Shown: positions 25,060 to 38,585 of the stretch, in pieces
Numbering within the stretch: position 1 is the first letter of the stretch
Layout: the number at the start of each line of letters is the position of its first letter
Assembly (NCBI GenBank): GCA_035221665.1
Contig: JAVHYY010000112.1
Location: 310,001 to 374,000 of the forward strand
Direction: 5' to 3'
DNA: 64,000 nt
From: Okamejei kenojei
Taxonomy: Eukaryota
Program-made: the position numbers and the translations under genes
The notes under the pieces: model-generated
Told to the model about the DNA's origin: nothing
Database searches by the model: none
What the model saw: only the letters and a program-made list of their open reading frames with translations

Positions 25060-25245
25060 TATACAGCTGGAAATTAACCTGCTGACTCGCACATCCTTCT
25101 TTGGGGGGATGGTGATAGGGGGGCCGGCATGTGCTCACAGGGAGAACATGCAAAAGGTACACGGAACAATACCGGAGGTCTGGATTGAGCCCGTGTCTCT
25201 GGCGCGCTGAGGCAGCGGCGGTATAGCATACGCCACCGTGCCACA
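25060..25245 (-). mobile_element. HE1-like SINE
   Basis: tRNA-like head ggcacggtggcg on the minus strand, with the SINE body. Confidence 0.7.
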
Positions 25246-25519
25246 CTTCTGCGCACAGTTGACTAAAGTCAGCTGGTCGAATTATCAGTGGAATAGATAA
25301 GCAGCGTGAGCACAGTGAGGTATAAATTGAGTCAATAGAAGCATAGCAACATAGAAAATAGGTGCAGGAGTAGTCCATTCGGCCCTTAGATCCTGCACCG
25401 CCATTCAATATGATCATGGCTGATCAATCAACTCAGTATCCTGTGCCTGCCTTCTGTCCATACCCCCTGATTGCTTTAGCCACAAGAGCCACATCTAAGT
25501 CCCTCTTATATATAGACTC

Positions 25520-25850
25520 TATAAAAATAGAGGAGAGGTCGGTTTGTGTGATGGTCTGTGCGGCATCCACAATACTATGCAATTTCTTGCGGTCTTGAAA
25601 ACAGCTCTATCGAAGGCCGCAAGAAATTGCAGCGATTTTGGACGCAGCCCAGACCATCACACAAACCAACCTGCCTTCTATTGACTCAATTTATACATCA
25701 AGCTGCATCGGTTGGCGCAGTAGCATAATCAAGGGCAAGTCGCACGCTGGCCACCCACTCTTCTCCCCCTCCCATCAGGCAACATTTATAAAAGTGTGAA
25801 CACGCACATCTCCAGATGCAAGGACAGTTTCTTCACAGCGATTGTCAGGC
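25520..25850 (+). mobile_element. Rex1-like LINE 3' fragment with an inverted 5' copy
   Basis: gcccagaccatcacacaaacc...ctcttctccccctcccatcagg...aaggacagtttcttc; 25530-25595 is an inverted copy of 25617-25680. Confidence 0.6.
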
Positions 25851-26570
25851 AAGTGGAGATTTTACATGTAATTCCTTCGTCCAAATCGTTAAAAGATATA
25901 GTAAATAATTGGGGTTCCAGCACTGAGCCTTGCAACACCCCAGTAATCACTGCCTGTCATTCTGAAAATAATCCCGTTAATTCCTACTCTTTGCTTCCTG
26001 TCTGCCAAGCAGTTCTCTATTCATGCCAATACTTTATCCCCAATACCAGGTGCTCCAATTTTGCAGATTAATCTCTTGTGTGGGACCTTGTCAAAGGCTT
26101 GGTGAAAGTGCAGATGCACCACATCCACTGTCTCTCCCTTATACATTCTACTTGTTACATCCTCAAAATAATCCAGAAGATTCGCCAAGCATGATTTCCC
26201 TTTCATATAGCCATGCTGACTTTGACCCATCATGTCACTGCTTTCCAAATGAGATGCTATTACATATTACGCATCGACACAAGCATCTTCCCCACTACCA
26301 ATGTCAGGCTAACTGGTCTATAATTCCCTGTTTATTAAAAAGTGGGGTTACATTAACTGTCTTCCAGTCCACGGTAACTGATCCAGAGTCCATAGAACAT
26401 TGGAAAATTCTCACTAATGCATCCACGAATGCCAGGGCCACCTCCTTGAGTACTCTGAGATGCAGAACATTAGGACCTTGGGATTTATGTGCATTCTGTC
26501 CCAACAGTTTACCTAACACCATTCCTGATTAATGTGGATTTCCTTCAGTTCCTCCCTCCTCGGTTAACTA
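25850..26570 (-). mobile_element. CR1 RT fragment
   Basis: QSQHGYMKGKSCLANL...FHQAFDKVPH. Confidence 0.85.
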
Positions 26571-26984
26571 GATCCTCGGTTAATTCCAGGATGGCGGAAC
26601 GGTCATATGCTGAGAGAATGGAACGGCTGGGCTTATATACTGTGGAATTTAGAAGGATGAGTGAAGATCTTATTGAAACATATAAGAATTATTAAGGGTT
26701 TGGACGCGCTAGAGGCAGGAAACATATTCCCCATATTACACTGAGTAATATGAAGACCGACTGTTCCATTTGTTTGTGAGGATTATTTTAATTTGTAACA
26801 AGACCACCCAGCGTCATAGGGCGGGTGAAAATGGAACTGAAGCATTGCCCCGTTGATGGAGCACACCGTAAAATGACAGCGACTGAGTCCACTGTGTTAT
26901 AGTGGCCGGTGTAGAGCGAACTGAGGTTGGGCAGAGTTTAAAGGCAACATGAATTGCAACTGGATCTATTGTCCTTGTGCTACT

Positions 26985-28050
26985 TAATAATAAAGATTCG
27001 CTTCGTGTAATACAATGGCCGTCGGTGAAATGTAGGCAGGATAGCACGGAATGCCAAAGAAGCCAATGTGGTGCCATTAGTGACAGGTAATGAGGACGAA
27101 TGTTGTGAAGGATGTCACGGCCCCATTTGTAATAGGGAGTAGCGTTTGGTTCATGAGGACAGGGTTCATTTAAAACAGTGACTGTCGCCCGTGCAGCAAT
27201 GGTAAGGAAAATGCAAAATGGATGTGGGGCGTGGATCACGTTTTATTTAAACAGTGTTACAGATACTGCGGCTGCGATATTAGGCAGAGGGTCTGGAAAT
27301 ATTCAGCAAATCAGGAGTCCTCAGTTAAAATAGCAACATGATTAATGCTTCAGGTAAAAGATCCTTCATCGGAGCAATGACAACTTAGTGCTATTAGAAA
27401 CAGAACAAAGGGAAGGTGACTGGAATAGATGTAAAGTGGAATGAGGTAAAACTTGCATCAGTGGCCTATGAAATACCGTTGTGGCTGTGGCGAAGTTGGG
27501 TCGCGCTATAAGCCCAGTGACTGGATTTGGTATTCTGGTGTTTGATTTAAATATGGGAGGATTTTTAAAACTAATAATAAGATGTTTGTTAATCGCAATA
27601 TCGCCGATGATAGGGGAGAAGCGGCGGGTACCATTGGAATACGTAATCAGACGGGTCATTTTGTAGTGGGAAATAATTTAACTTAAATCTTCACGGCATG
27701 CGATATGAACGGCGAGATAATAATAACCGCTGAACAGACGAAACATCGCCTCCACCCAAAAATAATTGGTGATCTCCAAATATACATACAGTGACACAGG
27801 TCTCTCTGATTATCTTTCTATTTCCTGGCTGAGCACCTGACAGCAATCACAGAAAGGAGAAATATGTATTTTCCCCAATTCATCTTTATACGATTGAAAT
27901 TGCTTGATGGACATCAGTGTGCGATTTGAAATGGTTATGCCAAATGGACTCGCGAACATAAACAAGGGTTTTGATTACTCGCTTGAAAGATGCTACGTGG
28001 CAGAAGGCCCCTCCAATGACTCACGTAGTCCACGCCGGGCATCGTTCAAC
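26985..28050. repeat. local duplication, copy B (GPCR flanks joined, receptor exon absent)
   Basis: 26985-27850 matches 20170-21490, and 27853-28050 matches 22883-23070. Confidence 0.75.
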
Positions 28051-29197
28051 CGTTCAGACTCGTTATGATATGTCATTTTAGAACCAACTCTCTAAACATT
28101 GGGATCAATTCACAAATAAGAATTAACGTGCATCCAGCTCGGCTGTGGGATCGAAGTGACCAATGTAATATGACTGGCCGACTAATCGTGCAACGTGAAA
28201 TTTGACTGACCACGACGTTAGTTTAAAATTGTGGAGGCTTCCTTTAAAATAAGATGGCCCTTTGTGACATACCAACAAGATGTCAGGTAAAGGTTGAAGG
28301 ACATGTGTACTATGACCGATGATTGGGAAACGACTGACAGGGACCACTGGATTATGAACTCAGGCTGGACGTTGCATAATGGGGAATGGTGTAATTTAAA
28401 GAAGAAATTAAATGAATAAAGGTTTCGACCCGAAACGTTGCATATTTCCTTCGTTCCATGGATGCTGCCTCAACCGCTGAGTTTCTCCAACATTTTTGTC
28501 TACCTTTGGTGCAATTTAAATGCAGGTTTCACGTGGTGTTGTCGGCGAATTCAAATTGGGAATGGTCGGTGTTTCACTGGGAGCGGACCACATGACATAA
28601 GCTTGGCCTTACTTGCGACTTTTAACAGTGTTTGTCCCTGATCTATTGCCGAACGTGATGGCAGGTTAAACTAAACACTTCCGCCCGCACGTGTCCAAAT
28701 CCCTGCATGTTCAGCTGCCTATCTAAAAGGCTCTTAAATGCCACTATTGTATCAGCCCCAACTGTGATCAGCCATGATCACAATGAATGGCGGTGCTGGC
28801 GCAAAGGGCCAAATAGCGTCTTTCAGCACCTATTTTCTATGTTTCTATGTTTCTATGTGAGTTCCGGGGCCGCACCACTCCGTGTAAAAAAAAATTCCAC
28901 CGACTCACTTTTAACCGGAATGTTCAGCAAGTGTAATGCAAACATTTTATTTTTGGCATTGCAGCAGCCAGTGATATATGAATCGTGCATTGTGCAATTA
29001 CAGCGTCATTTTCATTAATGTGAACTTATTGTAGACATGCAATGGCTGTGATATAGGCAGAGATCGAGCCTGGTGCTACGGCTGCTGCTGCAATATCAGA
29101 AGAGATGTGCAGCGTGCAGGATACAGTTTGGTTTGAAGTAGTGGTCTGAAGTAGCGCTCGTTTCAAGTGCCTTCAATATGATCAATTCATTGAAGCA

Positions 29198-29444
29198 AGA
29201 ATGCTGCAGAAACTCAGCGGGTGAGGCAGCATATATGGAGCGAAGGAATAGGCGACGTTTCGGGTCGAGACCCTTCTTCAGAAAGGTCTTCTTCAGAAGA
29301 AGGGTTTATTCTTCTGAAGAAGGGTCTCGACCCGAAACGTCACCTATTCCTTCGCTCCATAGAAGCTGCCTCACCCGGTGAGTTTCTCCAGCATTTTTGT
29401 CTTCCTTCGATTTTTCCTGCATCTGCAGTTCTTTCTTAAACAAG
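29198..29444. mobile_element. short palindromic Penelope-derived element with two opposed hammerhead cores
   Basis: Inverted arms of about 80 bp (about 29200-29283 and 29312-29395), each containing CTGAAGAAGGGTCTCGACCCGAAACGTC. Flanked by an 11-bp direct repeat TCATTGAAGCA at 29187-29197 and 29445-29455. Confidence 0.8.
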
Positions 29445-29616
29445 TCATTGAAGCATGTAAGTATGTGAGCTAATTTGTTTTTCCCCGCGAAATGTAGCTA
29501 ACAAATTTAATGGTTTGAGCTATTTTTAGATTAAATGGTGTGATCTAATATAAATAGATGTACTGCAGTACTAATTTCACAATCGGCATTTTACGACGAC
29601 ATCGTTCTAACAGATT

Positions 29617-32600
29617 ATGCACGCGCCTGGAAATGGACCTGTCTTCGCTATTTATTATTCTGCCCTTGCTGCTTTCGGCGTTCCAGGTGATGAGTGAAAA
29701 TAGACTAAACGTGGACAATTAACGTGTGACCGTTCGTTGCTGAGTATTTTAATTGTTCGATATATTTCTCATGATTTCTTTTCAGCCAGCTACCGAGTAT
29801 TACGACCACTTTTCAAAAAGGGAGGGAGAGAGAAAACGGGGCATTACAGACCAGTTAGTCTAACATCGGTAGTGGGGAAACTGCTAGAGTCAGTTATTAA
29901 AGATGGGATAGAAGCGCATTTAGAAAGTGGAAGTGAAATTTAGAGTCAGCATGGATTTACGAAAGGTAAACCATGTCTGACGAATCTTATTTAATTTTTT
30001 GAGGATGTAACTAGTAGAGTGGATAAGAGAGAAGCAGCGGATGTGTTAAATCTGGACTTTCAGAAGGCTTTCGACAAAGTCCCAAACAATAGATTAGTAT
30101 ACAAACTTTACATGATATTGGCGGTTCAGTATTGATGTGGATAGAGAACTGGCTGGCAGACAGGAAGCAAAGAGCAGGAGTGAACGGGTCCTTTTCAGGA
30201 TGGCAGGCAGAGACTAGTGGGGTGCCGCAAGGCTCAGTGCTGGGACCCCAGCTATTGACAATATATATTAATGATTTGGACGAGGGAATTAAATGCAACA
30301 TCGCGAAGTTTGCGGATGACACGAAGCTGGGGGGCAGTGTTAGCTGTGAGGAGGATGCTAGGAGGCTGCAAGATGACTGGGATAGACTGGGTGAGTGGGC
30401 AAATGCATGGCAGATGCAGTATAATGTGGATAAATGTGAGGTCATCCTGTTTGGTGGCAAAAACAGGAAAGTAGACTATTATTTGAGTGGTGACCGATTA
30501 GGAAAAGGGGAGATGCAACGAGACCTGGGTGACATGGTACACCAGTCATTGAAAGTAGGCATGCAGGTGCAGCAGGCTGTGAAGAAAGCGAATGGTATGT
30601 TGGCATTCATAGCAAAAGGATTTGAGTACAAGAGCAGAGCGGTTCTACTGCAGTTGTACAGGGTCTTGGTGAGGCCACACCTGAAGTATTGCGTACAGTT
30701 TTGGTCTCCTAATCTGAGGAAAGACATTCTTGCCATAGAGGGAGTACAGAGAAGGTTCACCAGAATGATTCCTGGGATGGCAGGACTTCCATATGAAGAA
30801 AGACTGGATAGACTCGGCTTGTACTCGCTGGAATTTAGCAGATTGAGGGGGGATCTCATAGAGACTTACAAAATTCTTAAGCGGTTGGACAGGCTAGATG
30901 CAGGAAGATTGTTCCCGATGTTGGGGAAGTCCAGGACAAGGGGTCACAGTTTTAGGATAAGGGGGAAGTCTTTTAGGACCGAGATGAGAAAATCGTTTTT
31001 CACACAGAGAGTGGTGAATCTGTGGAATTCTCTGCCACAGAAGGTAGCTGAGGCTAGATCGTTGGCCATATTTAAGAAGGAGTTGGATGTGGCCCTTGTG
31101 GCTGAAGGGATCAGGGGGTATGGAGAGAAGGCAGGTACAGGATACTGAGTTGGATGATCAGCCATGATCATATTGAATGGCGGTGCAGGCTCGAAGGGCC
31201 GAATGGCCTGCTCCTGCACCTAGTTTCTATGTTTCTATGTTTCTAAAGTGTAATCCTTGGATTTTACCATTTTAGGTCACGATGTTAACTTCATTATATA
31301 TTACTTGACCAGTTTCTGAAGGTGGAGCGGCTGATTTGAATATATTCTCTGATGCACACAGAGTTTGGTGCAAGGCAGGCACTTTTAATTCAACGTCTCG
31401 TTACATTCAAATGTTTATACTTAAATTACTTTTATCCTGTATGTTTTCTTTTGAGATACAAGGTGCTGTAAATACTGGAATCTTGCAGCAAAACATAAAG
31501 TGCCGGAGTGATTTAGCTACTCAGCAGCATCTGTGAAGGCAATGAATAGGCGACGTATCGGATCAGGTTCTGAACCCTTGTTCAGGCTTCTGCATCGACC
31601 AAGAGAATGTTTCCACTAAGCTGCCTGGGGTGGCGTTAGGGTTGCGATAAGCAGAACAAGGGCACAGATGACACATGGGTGAGGGATCCACCCGCGACAG
31701 CATGGGGAGCTACGTTCGCCGAATAAGGGACGTTCTGGATAATCTAGAGTGAAATGCCTCGGCGTGGAAGCAGATGCGGCGGTACTCGAGAGCAAGGGAT
31801 AAGAGGAACTTCTATTCTTGCAAGATAGGAGGAAGGTCTGAAGATGGTTCCCGACCCAAAATGTCGCCGATTTCTTCTCCCTTACTCACCAAAGATGCCG
31901 CCTGACCCGCTGTGTTACTCCAGCACTTTTTGTTTTCCAGTGTATTTTCATTATTTTGTACTTTGATTAAAATATGATATATATTACAGATATTGTGACT
32001 CTGTAATCTAAACCATAAATGCGGCATCGAATTTATACATTTTTTAGCCATAGCAGATTGGATTTCTAGTTTGCGAAGCTCTCCGACTTGTTTCTTATCG
32101 CAACTTTTTTTGAATTGTAGTTCTTATTGTAATCAATAAATTATCACCATATGGATATTTTCAGGCGTTTTTATTGTCGCCAGCCCAGTATGTATCTCAT
32201 GCGTAGCGACGTGATTACACGAACTGAACTCTGAAATCGGTGCATTAATGCAGAAAGTCATGATCTTTATTTCGGCCCTGAATGCTTTCCGTATACCAAA
32301 TGGTTTCGTAGTAATGGTATTTTTGTTAACTCGCTTCAGTAACGAGATATTAACCCCCCCCCCCCCCCCCCCCCCGTGAAAACTACCGCTGGCAAAGGAT
32401 GTCGTGTTTATAATTGGGTTGAGAGGCTGCAATTTTCCACTCAAAAACTGTCTGGAATGGTAAAGTATGATAACATAGATCTGTTGTGAACGGGTGGTCG
32501 ATGGTTGACGTAGTTGGTGGGATGAACGGCCACTTTCCACGATGTAGCTCTGATATAAACTGAACGACGTAACATGAGATGGAAAATATCTTGAAACATT

Positions 32601-34093
32601 TGTTAACGTTCATGTTTGCGAAACCTCTTGGGCCACTGCCATGCCCTTCTTCGAAGGAGTCGTTACGATGACGCTTCGGATGGAGCGGACCCTTCGTCCG
32701 TTTCGAAGGATTCGTTACGATGAAGCTCTGTCAGATTTCTCCGTGACCCTCCATGGCTGGTGGTAGTTTTTTTTTTACAATAAAACCATCTATCTTCATT
32801 ATGTGTTTTCATGTAAACTGGTTACATTCCATGGACTGTTTGCTGATGTATTAAATGATCCATTTGTTATGCGATAATGGGTCTCATATCACACGCATGA
32901 AAATAATTAGTTGATTATACGCGCGAAATTGGAATTATTTTTATCGCTTTTGTGTGGAGCTCAAGTCAATGGGCAATTTTAAGGCGGAAGTGGACACATT
33001 CCGGAAGAGTATGTGTGTCAAGGGTTATGAGGAGAAGGCAGGTGAATGAGGTTGAAAAGTAAAGATATATCAGCCACTATTCAATGGTCGAATAGACTGG
33101 ATCTGCCAGCAAAGTTAGAATGCGTTGCATTTTCTAGTGGCGAAGCTAATTATTAATAACCCGGTCTCTCCCTCTGTCCTGCAGCGAATTTCATGACGAT
33201 TGTGATTCTATCCAAAGGAAGATGCGGCCTCTCCAAATGTATCACTCGCTACCTGGTGTCCATGGCGGTGATGGACTTCCTGGTCATCATCACCGCCGTG
33301 ATCTTAAGCCGGCTTCGGGCTATTTATTTCCCGACCACAGTCCTGTCTACCATTCCGACCTGCAAGGTCCTTATTGTCCTGAGCTGGATTTCAAAAGACA
33401 CTTCCGTCTGGTTGACGGTTGCTTTCACCTTCGATCGGTTCGTCGCCATTTGCTGTCAGAAACTGAAACTAATATATTGCACCGAGAAAATCGCGGCGGG
33501 TGTTATTGCAACGGTCTGTGCGTTAGGCTGTTTGAAGAATGTCCCATTTTATTTTATATATGACCCAGTCTATATAATTGATAATGTACCCTGGTTTTGC
33601 ACCATAAAAGATTCGTACTATTCTTCAATTGCATGGATAGTGTATGATTGTCTACACCGCGTCTTGAACCCATGCCTCCCGTTCCTACTAATTCTGTTGC
33701 TCAATGCTCTCACGGTCAGACATATTCTAGCTGTCAGTGCAGCCCGCAAGAGGCTCCGGGCCCAGACCAAAGATGGGAAAACAGAGTGACCCGGAAATGG
33801 AGAGTCGGCGGAAGTCTATCATTTTACTCATGGCGATCTCGGGCAGTTTTTTGCTGTTGCGATTGACATATGTCGCAAACTTTCTCTTTGTACAAATTAC
33901 AAGCAGCGGTTATGCAACCCGTTCCAATTCCAATGACCCCAAGTTTATTCTCCAAGAAAGTGGATACATGCTGGAGATACTCAGTTCTTGCACCAACTCG
34001 TGTATTTATGGGGGGACACAGACTAAATTTAGAGAGCAGTTGCAGGAAGTGGTTAAGTATCCTTTCTATCTAATTCGTAAGCGGTTAAAATAG
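29617..34093 (+). pseudogene. GPR139-like GPCR with a single 1-bp frameshift (exon 1 29617-29686, exon 2 33185-34093)
   Basis: Exon 1 MHAPGNGPVFAIYYSALAAFGVP ends at a GT donor. Exon 2 reads ANFMTIVILSKGRCGLSKC...FTFDRFVAICC...AQTKDG, then one extra base near 33778-33781, then KQSDPEMESRRKS...NSCIY...RLK*. Confidence 0.9.
29800..31245 (+). mobile_element. 5'-truncated CR1 LINE (RT) in the GPCR intron
   Basis: YRPVSLTS, GVPQGSVLGP, KFADDTKL and a (TTTCTATG)n tail. Confidence 0.95.
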
Positions 34094-34329
34094 ACTGAAA
34101 ACATTTATTTCTACAACAACAGTGAGGATTGTCAGTGTAACGGAGCTTGAGAGTTATATTATATTTTTCGTCCTTACTGTTGATGTGAGCTGATCATGTA
34201 TGCTATGTACCCCGCCTTAGCGGCCGCACCAATGGAATGGCAAATGCAAGTTTAAATCTCAAGGTCTAAACATCCGAAATAAAAGTATATTAAATTCCAT
34301 GTATATTTTCTGTTCATGCTGTTATGAGG

Positions 34330-34790
34330 GTATTCATGCAAAGTTAAAGTAATCTTCTCTCTCTCCGTGTGATCCATATCCCTACTTTCCTTGCATATCC
34401 ACGTGTCAATCTACAAACATCTTGTACGTCACTATCCGATTTGTCTGGAACACCCCCTTGGCAGCGCGTTCCAGGCACCCACCGTCCTCCGTGTTAAAAA
34501 ACCCCATCTCCGATAAACATTGCCCCTCTCATCCTCAAGCTGTGCTGTATGGCCGTTAACATTTCGCCCGGGGAATAAGGTTTTGACTGTCAGCCCTATC
34601 TACACCTCTCACACTATCAGGTCTCCCCTGAGTCACCGACGTTCAAGGGATATCAATCCAAATAGGTCCAACCAACTCTTGGAGCTAATACGCTCTAGTC
34701 CATTCTGACAAACCTCATCTGTACCCACTCTAAAGCCTCCCTCTCTTTCCTGAAATGGGGCGGCCTGAACTGCACGCAATACCCCAACAT
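34330..34790 (-). mobile_element. old CR1-type LINE fragment
   Basis: Reverse complement of CVQF and NALP-type 3' ORF2 sequence. Confidence 0.55.
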
Positions 34791-35329
34791 AGACGCAACA
34801 AACGGGAGTAACTCTGCGGGACCGGCAGGAACTCTGGCGAGAAGGAATGGGTGAAGTTTCGAGACACTTCTTCAGACATGACTTGCAATGTTGTTATATT
34901 CAATGCCCAGACCGTTGAAGGAATTCATGCTCTGCTTGTAAGTCATAAATTGACCTGCTGGTTATATCAGATTTTCTGTTTGATTTTGTTATTTTCTGAA
35001 CATGTGGTTATTCGCTTTATATCGCGAAAAATGATTGCGCAGAGTGCGTGAGACAATATGTATTTTGCGAGACATTACTCCACGTAATATGCACTCTGTC
35101 AACATCTGCTGCTGCAGAAAGTGAGATAGACCCGTCCGCATTTACCTCAGCATTCAAACCTGATAAATGCCCTTCAAATCATAATTAAATTACTTCCAAC
35201 TTACACTGGAAGTGTAAAACATAAAACATGTCGGGACTAGCCGACAGGACTAGGCGTGGGACGGAAGACATGTAACCACTCTTATGACATAATATTGTAA
35301 GTGATAAAATGGGTCATTTTAATAATAGT

Positions 35330-35810
35330 GGCAATATCTGAACTGCTCCGCCTGGGTCGGCAGAACTTGCGGCTGGACTCTGGGTCGACGGAACCCGCGC
35401 CTGGGGCCTGGGTCGGCGCCACGGAGGCATCAGGAGGGACCCGGTGGCGACTGTCGAGAGGTAGGTGCGACGGTCGATGAGGGTGCCGACCGATGCACGT
35501 GGACGGACCATGTGGGAATGAGGACGATGCTGCTTGGGGGATGGCAAAGGAGGACCCGGCGTGGAGGGACCACCGTGAAGCAGGGGGGAAGAACAATGGA
35601 GGACCCGGCGTGTGGGTGGGGGGTTTGGGAGGAGAATAAAGGACGACCTGGCGCGGAATGCTTTGTAACTTTGTCGGCGACTTTTTATGTGGCGACTATT
35701 GCATACCTTGGGTATGCAGGAAAGGATTTTCACCGTTTCGTCACGTGACAATAAATGATTGATCGATTGATTCATTGATTGATCGATTGATTGATTGATT
35801 GACTGAATCA
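35330..35810 (+). mobile_element. GC-rich non-autonomous retroelement 3' part with (GATT)n tail
   Basis: GC-rich body ending cacgtgacaataaa plus a tetranucleotide tail. Confidence 0.55.
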
Positions 35811-38269
35811 TTCAAATAAAAGAAAAAAAAATGTAAATAGCATGTTCTACGATCCCAGGAGAAACGTCGGAGAGCTTTGTTGAATATCTATCCGCGCAGC
35901 GTTTGGAACACATTACAAACATCCGGAAAATTCAGGCTGCATTTAAACTAATTTGATGTGTAGAAAAGAACTGCTGGTTTAAATCGAAGATAGAAACAAA
36001 ATGCTGGAGTAACTCAGCAGCATCTCTGGAGAAAAAAAAATGTTTTGAGAATATTACCAGTGGCGTACAGGGGGAAGAGCAGCTTGAATCTTTCCAAATC
36101 GAAAGAGAGTAAAATAGTAAGATTAAACGAGAACTTACCAGTTATTTTATGAGGAGTAACGATGAGGGATTACGTGAAGAAGGCCCGCCTGGCGCTGGAA
36201 CGGCATACTTCAAAGCAGCGGCATGAAAAACACAGAACACAAAATAGCCGTAGTAAGGCTCATCATAGACTTAGAACTACCAGATGATCATTTATTTTAT
36301 GAGGGTGGAGAGTGGAGGGCACGTAATCCCTCATCGTTACTCCTCATAAAATAACGATCAAACTTCGAACTGGTAAGTTCTCGTTTAATCTTACTATTTT
36401 ACTTCGGAGTCACGTGAGTGACTACGTGAAGAGTTTGAAGCTTTCTGTGTTTTTCGTGTCGTAGAATTTATTCCATACGGCAGTACGGCTCATTTAACAC
36501 AATAATGAGCGAATAACACATTTTCCCCAAACATTGCCTCAAGTTATGTGATAAATTATTTCACATTATAATAAATGAAAGTAATGCCCATTCCATTGAA
36601 AGGCAAGTTTATCACAAATACCAATTGATATATATATTTTGATGGCATGACAAAGCAACAATCATAGAGAACCGAACATTGCGTGTCCAAATCTGACACC
36701 ATGACTGGTTCCTTTTTACTTCAACAGTAATCTACAGCCTCCTGCGGCCTTGCATCTTTGCTCGAGTGGCTCATCCCGTGCCATTCCTGTGAATGTATTT
36801 ACCTCATTAACAGAGTGATTTTCCACCTTTCTGTGTCTAGTTCCTACTGAATGTATCCAATTTCTAACCATCTAGAAATACATTCCTCTATGACCATCAG
36901 TTTGTACTGAACCCAGTGTGGTTTTTGTGTGTAATAAGCAGTCTCATTGCCACAGGGACTCTTACCTACTGNNNNNNNNNNNNNNNNNNNNNNNNNNNNN
37001 NNNNNNNNNNNNNNNNNNNNNNNNNNNNNNNNNNNNNNNNNNNNNNNNNNNNNNNNNNNNNNNNNNNNNNNNNNNNNNNNNNNNNNNNNNNNNNNNNNNN
37101 NNNNNNNNNNNNNNNNNNNNNNNNNNNNNNNNNNNNNNNNNNNGCTTATAGGTTTACCTTGGTTTCAGCTCTTCTTGTTGTGCTTTGTTTGGTAGATTCA
37201 TAAACATATATGATAATGCAATCTGTATCCACATGCAATTATAACGTAACATTTGCAATGTTTGCACTCTTATATTGATACTAAAGTCATCAGCATTATT
37301 ATTTTCAATATTTAAGTTTTTTGAATCATGGAGTTAGAGTCCATTTCTTAAGGCAATTCAAGATTATTTATCTCCTGCCTTTATATTTTTNNNNNNNNNN
37401 NNNNNNNNNNNNNNNNNNNNNNNNNNNNNNNNNNNNNNNNNNNNNNNNNNNNNNNNNNNNNNNNNNNNNNNNNNNNNNNNNNNNNNNNNNNNNNNNNNNN
37501 NNNNNNNNNNNNNNNNNNNNNNNNNNNNNNNNNNNNNNNNNTGGATATTATGAATGCATCTGATAACTTCTTGGTTAATATATTGTCCGTTAATAAGACG
37601 GTAACACTCTGAGCCCTATTATTGGCTCTATCAATTAGATACTTAGAAAATGCAATCCACAAGGAATTCACATATATCTAATATAATAAAATAACTTTAC
37701 TGTATATACAGACCTCCAATTTCATATAACAAAATATTGTTTTTTAGACTTATTTCCGCAAATTGCAGGTATAACACTTCTTTATACATAATTATTTTAT
37801 TGATATGTTGTTATATTAGTTAACATTCATAGACTTCTTTGACCATGAGCTACTGTAATGGTCTGGTCAACCTGCAGATAGTGAAATTCATATTTTCATG
37901 TCATGGATGTTTTTGTACAACAATAAATTACTGCAGGGTTTCTCAAACCTGGAGATCCCAGTGGGTGCAGCAGCATCCAAAGAGCGAAAGGAGACAAGCA
38001 ACGACCTAGGTCGAGAACCCTTTTTTGACTTCAATAAATTGCTGCCATTATGAATCATCACTAGCAGTTCAAATTACACAATATTTATGAAACCATAAAG
38101 GACCCGTATTAGGCCACCAAAATGCCTCTGGCAGTGTCCCGCTACATTTTCATCAGACACTGCCCTATTAACAAAAATGAGGAACACAAAAAGAAATCTT
38201 TTCCTCATGTAATTGGGAGAAAAGCATCCACCTTCGCTGTTCTTGGTTTATCCACAAGAAATATTCCAA

Positions 38270-38585
38270 AGATCGGTGATTTAATCTGTATGTAATCAGA
38301 TTAATCGTAAGTAATCCATATTAACGACAATATGTTTTCCTCCCATATTTGTTGTATTCCGATACCATTGTCTCTTCTTTAGAGATAAACAGGTGGACTA
38401 AAATTTAAAACATGCCACATCTGTTTACTCAGATAATCCCATGATTGTAATTTGACTTATCTTGTGACCCACAAGAAACATTTGAAAGGTCAGTGATTTA
38501 ATCTGAATACAACCAGATTAATCGTAAGTAATCCAAATAATGACAATATGTTTTTCTCCCAAATTTGTTGTCTCCGATACCATTG
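38270..38585. repeat. about 95-bp direct duplication inside the DIRS element
   Basis: gtgatttaatctg...cagattaatcgtaagtaatcca...ccgataccattgt at about 38276 and 38493. Confidence 0.85.

Noticed and set aside
26814-27239. 141-aa ORF and an olfactory-receptor-like reading (MNQT...FFGIP)
   Set aside because: No diagnostic OR motifs, in-frame stops in the OR-like frame, and no frame conserved with the paralogous copy.
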